Source: Minisyncoccota bacterium
GTDB taxonomy: Bacteria > Patescibacteriota > Minisyncoccia > JAHIHE01 > JAGLIN01
Length of the DNA stretch: 64,000 nucleotides
Direction: 5' to 3'
Assembly: GCA_028690055.1 (NCBI GenBank)
Contig: JAQVBZ010000005.1
Coordinates: 379-64,378, forward strand
The translations under genes and the position numbers were made by a program. Positions 42,755 through 50,374 of this stretch are shown piece after piece. Every line of letters starts with the position of its first letter. The stretch's first letter is position 1. A model generated the notes under the pieces. The model ran no database searches and was not told where the DNA came from. It saw only the letters and a program-made list of their open reading frames with translations.

Positions 42755-43042
42755 TCACTGGTGCCTGATTATTTTGATGGCCTTACCCACAGTCAAAGCC
42801 TCCGCGATCTTCTTGTAAGCGGAATATAGGATACGTTGATATGTGCTTGTCGAAGTATGCATCTTTTCGGCTGCCTGCTGCTGGTCGAGATCCTCCATAT
42901 ACCTGAGGCGATAGGCCTCAATTTCCTCCAGCGAAAGCTCTATGGTCTGCAAATCTTTCATAGGTATGCCCTGTGGCTTGAAATAGACAACGTCCGGATT
43001 AAATTTAATCATCTTGCAAAAGCAATTATGCGGTCTCGACAT
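42755..43042 (-). CDS. DUF134 family DNA-binding protein
   Basis: MSRP...FKPQGIP...EEIEAYRL...AAEKM...KKIAEAL..GKAI; start set at MSRP. Confidence 0.88.
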   Translation of the reverse strand: MSRPHNCFCKMIKFNPDVVYFKPQGIPMKDLQTIELSLEEIEAYRLRYMEDLDQQQAAEKMHTSTSTYQRILYSAYKKIAEALTVGKAIKIIRHQ

Positions 43043-43353
43043 AATATCTGAAATTATCTGTAATTTATTAATTAATGGTCGCAAGAAAAGATTCTTAGGT
43101 TTTGTCTTGTCAGAAGAAACCGGTCCTCCGTTCTTGATATATTTCTTATTAAAAAATATTTATTTTTTATCGTCTTTAATATGAGTATATGCCCATAATA
43201 AAATCGCGTCAAATAGAAAAATAGATAAACTCAAAGATTCTTCTCAGTTCGTTCCTGATATGATCCGATTCTAACATCTTGCCATAATACTTCCGTGTCT
43301 TGATACTTGTATAACTTCATATTCGCTATTGACGATATATTATTTTCATCGTC

Positions 43354-43460
43354 TGTCATTCCGGGTTTGACCCGGTTTTTTCGTTATATATAGTTAATGT
43401 TGTACGATATACCGTTTATACATAATATGACGAGAATGCTTAAACAAGTTCAGTATGACA
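43354..43460. repeat. TGTCATTC-type palindromic element, copy 2
   Basis: TGTCATTCCGGGTTTGACCCGG...TCGTTATAT ... ATATGACGAGAATGCTTAAACAAGTTCAGTATGACA; same architecture as 31656-31774. Confidence 0.75.
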
Positions 43461-43531
43461 CGGTTCTGAAATCATATTGATGTAAAAAAAGGACAATCAA
43501 GCGATTATAACATTGTCTTTATCCAAGAGCT

Positions 43532-43750
43532 GTCGCTCTAAACACACACCGGCAGAACCGGTAGTTTTTTATTAGCCACCTTCGCGAACTTACTAGCGAA
43601 CTATGTCACGCCGTAGATGCGCTACTGCGTACCGAAGGCGGAGAGGGCGAAACGACATTAGAACTATGGATTAAGAAGGGTTAGCTAAGGAATCGAACGT
43701 TAAACAGCTAAAAAAATCTATCCAGATGAGATTGTGCCGGGGCGAGCGAC
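43532..43750. ncRNA. Candidate structured RNA or compound palindromic element
   Basis: Nested long-range pairings GTCGCTC/GAGCGAC, CCGGCA/TGCCGG, TAGTTTTTTATTAGC/GCTAAAAAAATCTA and CCTTCG/CGAAGG. Confidence 0.4.
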
Positions 43751-43860
43751 TAGAAATTTTTTGCATCTGTGTTGCGGAACAATACGATTAGACAATTTAA
43801 ATTTACTCAATGAAAAGAAGCAAGATTTCTCTTGCTTCGCTATAAAATTTCTTACACTAA

Positions 43861-44100
43861 CTATTTTTTTATTTCATAATATTCTCCGTTTTTCGGATCA
43901 TACTGGAAACCACTGGCAAAAAATAGTGTTCCCGTACGACTTAGATCAGGTTCCCCATCTTTAGTTCTACCCACGAAAGATAGAACTATATCATTTTCGG
44001 ATGGATCCGCACCTATCAACGTCCACTTTTCCCATCCTCCACGGACACGGGTATTGAATACATCCCCAATTTTTATTTTACCATTGGTCATTTTGGTCAT
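43861..44100 (-). CDS. Small hypothetical protein
   Basis: 79-aa ORF with protein-like composition and GAGG upstream. Confidence 0.5.
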   Translation of the reverse strand: MTKMTNGKIKIGDVFNTRVRGGWEKWTLIGADPSENDIVLSFVGRTKDGEPDLSRTGTLFFASGFQYDPKNGEYYEIKK

Positions 44101-44292
44101 TTTGGTCTTCCTCTTCTGGATTTTTTATGAAGTGTTTATTTATTCTTATGTTTCATGTCGCGAGTATAGAGCTTGCGATATTCAACTGTGCATTTTATCA
44201 TACTTTTACCATATGTCAAGATTATCTTAGACAAAAGATCAAATCCTATTGAGTCTGCATAAAGTAATAGCTTAAACAAGCAATCATTTTTT

Positions 44293-44417
44293 TTGGAGAG
44301 GGCGGGATTTACCCCTCCGGGGCATAAACTTCTCATCCCGTTATCCTATCACACCAAACAAAAAACCATATAAAAATATGGTCTTTTATTTGGCGGGCAT
44401 CCTCGGGCTGGAACCGT
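44293..44417 (-). other. tRNA-3'-end-like fragments with hairpin (possible att remnant)
   Basis: Minus strand reads CGGTTCCAGCCCGAGGATGCCCGCCA (T-arm/acceptor/CCA-like), then a hairpin, then GGGTAAATCCCGCCCTCTCCAA; located at the edge of the AT-rich region. Confidence 0.5.
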
Positions 44418-44559
44418 GATCTTTGCAATCCTAGTAAGGCTTTTTAGTAGTTTTTTGGGGTCTTAGAAAATAAGATCCTCGTGCGCTTGTCTTTTCTAAA
44501 AAGTGACAAATGTGACATGATTCTAGGAGTAAATGTTACATTAATATGTAACATTCCTT

Positions 44560-46179
44560 TTAAATTTTTCCTAAAATAGTTTCAAATTTATTTAAAATTT
44601 TAATAAACTCATCATTATAATTAGCTTGTAATATTTTACTATCAGCAAAATTGCTATAATCTATTACGTTTATTTTTTCATCCGCTTTATATTTTTTTGC
44701 TTGATATTCTTCATCTTTAAGAGTTGCGGTTAATAAAACTTGTTTATTTAAACTTTTGTAAATGTCCAGCATTTTTTCCTCTTTCGATGAAGCGATTTCA
44801 CCATCTCTAAAAGAATCAACAATAATTGGAAAGTCGTGATTCATTTCTTTGTTAAGAGAAACTATTTTAGTAAAATAAAACTCTTGGTTTTCACTACCCG
44901 AATATGTTTCCGTACCTTTTGTAAATATATCACTAAAAACTAAAACGCCGTTTTCATCAATTTCATTATAAATACTATTCATACTAGCAATGACATTTCG
45001 CATAAAACTTTTCTGTTGTTCAGCCTTTTCTACGTGCTCTTCATTTTTCTTTTTTAATTCCTCCAATATTCCTTCAAGTTTTTTATTGGCTTCCCAAATT
45101 TCTTGTTCTATTTGCTTGTCGTTAATGATCTCCTCTCCAAAAATCATGTAGTCTCTATAATCAGGAGGAGTTTCCACAATCTCTTTGTTAAGCTGCTCCT
45201 GCTCGGAATTGATCTTACAAGCTAGCTCTTCAATAATTTCTTCTTTAATCTTAATATCTTCTTTTATTGATTCTATAATCCTTTTCTTTACGTGCATATT
45301 GCTGATTTCAAAATTATATTCAGAGTTAGCACTAGCAAATATTATCTTATCGCTTCCGCAATTTGCGCATTTAATTTTTCCTGTATCTATAAATCTATTC
45401 AATGAATTAAGTTCAAATAACAAACTCTCCAATTTTATCTTTCGATTATTTTCTCTTGTCTGTTCAGTTCTGTATTTTGCAATATCGCTATTTATTGATT
45501 CCATAATCCCTTTCTTTTTTTCATATTCCTCCCTGTTTATATTCTTTGATGAATACTCTGCGATTTTAGGATTAGCTTTTATGGTTTGTAGCTTCTTTTT
45601 TAAAGATCTTATCTTGCTCTCTATTTCAATTTTCTCTTCTTTTAAGTTTCGTTCTTTAAATTTATCTAAAACAACATTATCTATATCCATCATGGAATAT
45701 AGCATATTTTTGAAATCATCTTTATCATACTGAGCTGCGGATATTAATTTTGATGTATTTCTTTTGTCTTGACCAAGGAAAAATAATTCATAAAGCAATG
45801 AAGGGGCAACGATCCCTTCGTTACCGTCTTTAGAAATCCTTGGAAGCTGATAAATTTCTTTATCAAAGAAATGCTTAAATTCACTAATGCTGTTGCATAT
45901 TTGATATGCATTCTCACTCTTTACAATAATAGAATTCTTCTTTCTTAAAAATTCGTACTCTTTCCCGCTTATTTCAATCTTTGTATAAAAATAATATTCT
46001 CTGTAATTAAAACTTTCAGGAAATATTGGATCTTTCCCAATTGCGTACATAGCGCCCTGCATTAATAATGTCTTGCCCTTATTATTATCATTACTAAATA
46101 TTATATTCACCCCATCCTTTAATCTATCCTCAATGAATGCTTCCCTTAAATTACCTATAGCGATCTTTTTAATTCGCAT
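44560..46179 (-). CDS. lmuB: SMC/Rad50-like ATPase, Lamassu LmuB-like
   Basis: Walker A NDNNKGKT, coiled coils with central CANC zinc hook, YSGSE signature and IIVDS Walker B. Confidence 0.78.
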   Translation of the reverse strand: MRIKKIAIGNLREAFIEDRLKDGVNIIFSNDNNKGKTLLMQGAMYAIGKDPIFPESFNYREYYFYTKIEISGKEYEFLRKKNSIIVKSENAYQICNSISEFKHFFDKEIYQLPRISKDGNEGIVAPSLLYELFFLGQDKRNTSKLISAAQYDKDDFKNMLYSMMDIDNVVLDKFKERNLKEEKIEIESKIRSLKKKLQTIKANPKIAEYSSKNINREEYEKKKGIMESINSDIAKYRTEQTRENNRKIKLESLLFELNSLNRFIDTGKIKCANCGSDKIIFASANSEYNFEISNMHVKKRIIESIKEDIKIKEEIIEELACKINSEQEQLNKEIVETPPDYRDYMIFGEEIINDKQIEQEIWEANKKLEGILEELKKKNEEHVEKAEQQKSFMRNVIASMNSIYNEIDENGVLVFSDIFTKGTETYSGSENQEFYFTKIVSLNKEMNHDFPIIVDSFRDGEIASSKEEKMLDIYKSLNKQVLLTATLKDEEYQAKKYKADEKINVIDYSNFADSKILQANYNDEFIKILNKFETILGKI

Positions 46180-47194
46180 ATATGTTGTCTTTAATTATTG
46201 AAATTATAAATAATAAACTTTTTCGATCAAGATGTTTTGATTTGATGTTAATGCTACTTTCCAAGCCGCTGTATACCCTATAAATATCAGCTTTGGGATT
46301 AATATCAAATTGATTAATGGTGAATTCAAGAACTTTCCAAAATTCTGGATTTGAATTCTTATTAAAAAAAGCTCTTGCCAGATTTGCTTTGCAATCCTGT
46401 ATCAAGTCTTTTGTTGCTTCTGTATCCAAGTTATCCGTTTCATTTTTGAAAGATATGGGAATTGATTTGTATTCGAAAATATCACATCCAAGTACTCTAT
46501 TAATAATTAAGGTGTAAATTTCTTTTTTGAATAAATGTCTATTAAACTTTAAAACATCTTCAATTTTTTCAATTTGTTCATTCTCTATACAACTGTTTTT
46601 CTTAGCTGATTGAACATCTCTAATCTCTTCAAAAATATTTTGATAAAAATCATTATTTCTAATTTTTCTGTCTTTAAATTTGGTTATTCTTTTTATATAG
46701 TCGCTTATATCTTTACTATCTTGGACAAAAATAATTTTATTAAAAAAAGATTCGGCATCTTCTTCATTGTTTTTTCCGGTATTGTTTTTAAGCTTATCAA
46801 TGAGGCCATTTTTTATTCTTGATCTTGTATCTTCCTGGAAATTATCCATTCCGAATTCGTCCAGATTTTCTTTAATCAAATATTCTTTGTTCAGTTTAGA
46901 GACAAATAATATAAGGCAGCAAAAATTCAATCCTGATATATGGTTTTTGTACAAAGTAAACAAAAATTCTCCAATTTGTTTTGGATAAAATTTTGAATAA
47001 TTCTTAGATTGGATATCCCATAGCTCGCTATAGCTTTTATCTATGCCTGTAACATCGTTAAAACAATCAATTGTAAATAAATCGACCTGATCACGATCTT
47101 TTCTAAAGCCGACGAGATATAATAACGACTTCGTCTCGAATTCGGTTGCCTTTTTATTATTTCTCTCGGTATTGGTGAAAGTATATATACTCAT
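46169..47194 (-). CDS. lmuA: Cap4/DUF4297-like nuclease effector, Lamassu LmuA-like
   Basis: N-terminal FE...DCFNDV...IQSK PD-(D/E)xK-like pattern; overlaps the SMC-like gene. Confidence 0.72.
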   Translation of the reverse strand: MSIYTFTNTERNNKKATEFETKSLLYLVGFRKDRDQVDLFTIDCFNDVTGIDKSYSELWDIQSKNYSKFYPKQIGEFLFTLYKNHISGLNFCCLILFVSKLNKEYLIKENLDEFGMDNFQEDTRSRIKNGLIDKLKNNTGKNNEEDAESFFNKIIFVQDSKDISDYIKRITKFKDRKIRNNDFYQNIFEEIRDVQSAKKNSCIENEQIEKIEDVLKFNRHLFKKEIYTLIINRVLGCDIFEYKSIPISFKNETDNLDTEATKDLIQDCKANLARAFFNKNSNPEFWKVLEFTINQFDINPKADIYRVYSGLESSINIKSKHLDRKSLLFIISIIKDNIYAN

Positions 47195-47369
47195 TAGATA
47201 AATCTATAAAAAATACGGTTTAAACTTAGCATATTTTAGCTAAAAATAACTGTTCTTGGCAATTAATAGGCGATAATATTATTTTATTTATATTCGAAAG
47301 TTGCTTTTATTGTTCTTTGGTTAAAATTAATAGATTAACCGTGTAGGGCAGTTCATTATTAACTTTGTT

Positions 47370-47435
47370 TATAACTTTACCAAGATCTAACTGTTTTGTA
47401 AACAAAAACAGAGCTAAAATAAGCTCTGTTTTTAA
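47370..47435 (-). promoter_or_regulatory. Terminator + sigma70 promoter module, copy B
   Basis: Same hairpin and TTTACA-17-TAAAGT as 38266-38332; terminates the caspase operon and points into lmuAB. Confidence 0.75.
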
Positions 47436-47482
47436 TTCTCTCTGTGTTGACACGATGTTGCAGTGTTAAGTGAGGATATCTT

Positions 47483-48424
47483 TTATATCCTTCCCTCTGT
47501 AACCAATCGCCAATAGTGATAACCTAATGCAGTTAATTTACAAGATTTCGAATTTTGTGCTGCAAAATACATATACTCTTCACCGACGGGTCTTACTAGA
47601 TTTACACCTTGAAATTTTTGCAAATTTTTAAATATTGCAACATTTTCCGGCTTAGCAATATCAACATTGGTATCTTCAAAAGAAGGATCTAACAAATATT
47701 CAGCCTCAGGAGTAGGAAAATATTCTACAATTTTTCTTAATATATCAGGAGATACTGGAGGCGTGACAGTGCGTAAAGATGTGAAATTAGTAACATTTGT
47801 TTTGAAAACAGGTCTCTGGTCCCATGGACCGAGTGCCTGGTCAATGTAAGCATATATGCCGCCGGGCGTTATGCGTCCCATTAAATCAGCCGCTCCACCT
47901 TGTATGGCATCTAGCAATAAACCTGTAAATACTCCATGTCCGTCAATTTCGGCAGCTGTTTCAGTACTTAGACTTGCTGTTAAAACAACAATCCCTTCAC
48001 TTATTTGAGAAACATGTCCGCCAGATACTTCCGGCGAACCAAAAGACCCGGAATGGCAACAATCCAGAATGATAATTTTATTTTTTATCTTTGATTTATT
48101 GGCTAGGGTCAATATTTCTTCCATAGAAACGCCCTCATCATGTTTTTCATAATCTGGAGTTACTATATATCCACCAGTGATATCTAAATAGCCATGTCCA
48201 GAAAAATATAGCAAGGCTACATCGCCTTCTCCATCGAATAGTTCAACAATTTCGCCTTTTAATTCTGACTTTTTAGGAATATTATTTTTTAATCTCACAG
48301 AAAAGTTTGGAGAACCATCGCCATTCTTTTCGATAACACCAGATAATATTGAAGCGTCGTTTACGCAACCAGTGAGTGGTAAACCGGGGTAGTCATCTAT
48401 TCCAATTAATAATGCTTTTCTCAT
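47483..48424 (-). CDS. Caspase-like protease (peptidase C14), type IV Thoeris-like effector
   Basis: KALLIGID, GCVNDA, FSGHG and LDCCHSG His-Cys dyad, plus C-terminal extension; start set at MRKALL. Confidence 0.9.
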   Translation of the reverse strand: MRKALLIGIDDYPGLPLTGCVNDASILSGVIEKNGDGSPNFSVRLKNNIPKKSELKGEIVELFDGEGDVALLYFSGHGYLDITGGYIVTPDYEKHDEGVSMEEILTLANKSKIKNKIIILDCCHSGSFGSPEVSGGHVSQISEGIVVLTASLSTETAAEIDGHGVFTGLLLDAIQGGAADLMGRITPGGIYAYIDQALGPWDQRPVFKTNVTNFTSLRTVTPPVSPDILRKIVEYFPTPEAEYLLDPSFEDTNVDIAKPENVAIFKNLQKFQGVNLVRPVGEEYMYFAAQNSKSCKLTALGYHYWRLVTEGRI

Positions 48425-48428
48425 ATTT

Positions 48429-48812
48429 TTATCTATCTCCATTTACTAGAGCTTTTATGTTATCCCATGTCCAACTATAATAACCTTCTAAACCATTTGG
48501 ACTGGGACAAATCTTGTCTTTATAACCTCGGACGCCCACAACAGGGACTCCTGCCTCTTTTGCCATTTCGATCTCCGCTTTAACTCCGCTGCACTGACTA
48601 GTTTTTGTGCCCACCATAACAATAACCAAGTCAGTTTTTTTGATTTTTGTTAAACATTTCTCTTTCCAAGTTCTTTCATCCCAAGGCTCTTTAACAGACC
48701 AATCTTCGATTTCGAAAGGAGAGTCTGGATTTTTTGATTGACCGACAAGCGAGTTTCTTAGAAATTCATCGTTATCAAAATCAAAACTAATAAAAACTTT
48801 CTTTTTAATCAT
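48429..48812 (-). CDS. TIR domain protein (ThsB/DUF1863-like)
   Basis: VFISFDFDND, DWSVKEP, VIVMVG and catalytic Glu in GVKAEI. Confidence 0.88.
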   Translation of the reverse strand: MIKKKVFISFDFDNDEFLRNSLVGQSKNPDSPFEIEDWSVKEPWDERTWKEKCLTKIKKTDLVIVMVGTKTSQCSGVKAEIEMAKEAGVPVVGVRGYKDKICPSPNGLEGYYSWTWDNIKALVNGDR

Positions 48813-48822
48813 ATATTTGTAG

Positions 48823-49035
48823 TTATTTAGATTTTCGGTTATAAGGTGACTGGTTCGTCGGTTTTAAGCTGACACCCAGATTGGATGCTTTTTTCTGCAC
48901 TCCGCTAACAGGCCTGCCTAACTTCAAGCTTATTACCCTGGTAGGCATGTTTTCTTTTGCCATTTCTTTCAATTGCTTAACTTCTGCTGGTGTCCATTGT
49001 TTACCGGCATTTTGAATGTACTTGGGGTTTGTCAT
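48823..49035 (-). CDS. Small basic HTH-like protein
   Basis: WTPAEVKQLKEMA...ISLKLGRP...VQKKA (Myb/GcrA-like) and tail LKPTNQSPY. Confidence 0.8.
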   Translation of the reverse strand: MTNPKYIQNAGKQWTPAEVKQLKEMAKENMPTRVISLKLGRPVSGVQKKASNLGVSLKPTNQSPYNRKSK

Positions 49036-49043
49036 ATATTTAA

Positions 49044-49700
49044 TTAGTTCTTAATAACATCTACCACTTTACCATTTATAATGAACTCGTCATCCTCACT
49101 AATATAAATTGGCATATATTCATGATCTGACCGGGCTCGCAAAACAATCCTATTATTTTTTATATCACGGTTATATTCTTTTATGGTAGCCAATCCGTCA
49201 ATAACTGCCAGTACTATATCGCCATTGTTGTAACTCTTTATTTCACGGTCTACCAGTACATAATCACCGCTTTCAATTTTATTGCCATTAACTTCGGCTT
49301 GGTTCATGGAATCTCCGTCAGTTTTAATGGCAAATAACCTGTTTTTATTTCTTGGTAAAAGGCTGGATGATACTTTAAGATATCTTTCAACCTTTTGTTC
49401 GGCATATATAGCCGCTGGTCCACAATTTGCAGCTCCTACTATCGGAATGGAGAATAAAGGACTTTTGCTGACATGGTTATAACCTTTCTTAACGACTTTC
49501 AGTATTCCTTGCTCTAGATTCATCTGTATCAGCCCAGCTTTTTCTAATTGCTGAAGATGGTGTTTAGCAATCTGGGGTTTACCTTGGGCTCCTATAAGCT
49601 CGGCGATTTTTCTTAAGCTCAACGACCCTATGTCTGGGGTGTTGGCGATAAGATTTAATAATTGTTGTTGTGTTATATTCATATGCAATAAATATAGCAC
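49044..49700 (-). CDS. LexA/S24-family repressor
   Basis: N-terminal wHTH, ANCG cleavage-site region, GDSM Ser and TIK Lys. Confidence 0.9.
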   Translation of the reverse strand: MLYLLHMNITQQQLLNLIANTPDIGSLSLRKIAELIGAQGKPQIAKHHLQQLEKAGLIQMNLEQGILKVVKKGYNHVSKSPLFSIPIVGAANCGPAAIYAEQKVERYLKVSSSLLPRNKNRLFAIKTDGDSMNQAEVNGNKIESGDYVLVDREIKSYNNGDIVLAVIDGLATIKEYNRDIKNNRIVLRARSDHEYMPIYISEDDEFIINGKVVDVIKN

Positions 49701-49716
49701 ACCCCGGGGGATTTCG

Positions 49717-49765
49717 CAAGTACTTTTGTAAAAGTATTTGACATTTTACACCTAGTAGGTATGAT
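49717..49765 (+). promoter_or_regulatory. Putative operator overlapping a divergent promoter
   Basis: Palindrome CAAGTACTTTT-GT-AAAAGTATTTG abutting TTGACA-16 nt-TATGAT. Confidence 0.55.
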
Positions 49766-49797
49766 GAAGTTATAAATTAATTCATAAATTTATTTTT

Positions 49798-50208
49798 ATG
49801 GAAAACTACGAGTTGCAATTGAAGCCTTTTGAAAGGAAGGACGGTTATAAGTATAAGGTAATTCGGCTTACCGATGTTACTCTCCATACTTCAAATAAGC
49901 GACCTACTAAGGCTATGGGCAAAAAGATTAAACAAGCGTTCGAACAAAACAAGCCCGGCAGGTTTTATGGAATAAAACCCCATGAAGTAATGGAAGGTGG
50001 TGATTTGCCCACGCTTATCAACAATCTTGTTAAGAATGATCCGAATTTCTTGAAAATGATCCAAGAAGAAGAGAAGAAGGGTTATAAGGTATTGCTCGAG
50101 TTGCCCGAGGAAGGCATTCCTGCTATATTTGGGCCAGATACGGTAGAATTTTTAAATAGCAAGAATGGACAGAGAATAATGAGAGATATTCATAAGCAAG
50201 AAATATAG
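49798..50208 (+). CDS. Hypothetical protein
   Basis: 136-aa ORF divergent from the repressor. Confidence 0.7.
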   Translation: MENYELQLKPFERKDGYKYKVIRLTDVTLHTSNKRPTKAMGKKIKQAFEQNKPGRFYGIKPHEVMEGGDLPTLINNLVKNDPNFLKMIQEEEKKGYKVLLELPEEGIPAIFGPDTVEFLNSKNGQRIMRDIHKQEI

Positions 50209-50273
50209 CACTTTTTCACAATCGAATTAATGCGTAGTAAAAAGTAGAATAGCGTATCGCCTAAAAAACCATG

Positions 50274-50346
50274 CCTATTCCGCGCAAGAAACAAGTCTTA
50301 GACTTAAATGTCGGAGGCCTGTTTCATGTGTGGGATAGGTTTTTTT
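50274..50346 (+). promoter_or_regulatory. Long G-U-rich RNA hairpin with U-tract in the leader of the MTase-terminase operon
   Basis: CCTATTCCGCGCA pairs with TGTGTGGGATAGG; GAAACAAGTCTTAGAC pairs with GTCGGAGGCCTGTTTC; followed by a T run. Confidence 0.6.
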
Positions 50347-50374
50347 ATATTTAAATTACTAACCATATGAAATT

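Noticed and set aside
43532-43750. tmRNA, RNase P RNA or SRP RNA
   Set aside because: No GAGGAAAGUCC, no tRNA-Ala-like ends with a tag reading frame, and no SRP domain IV motif.
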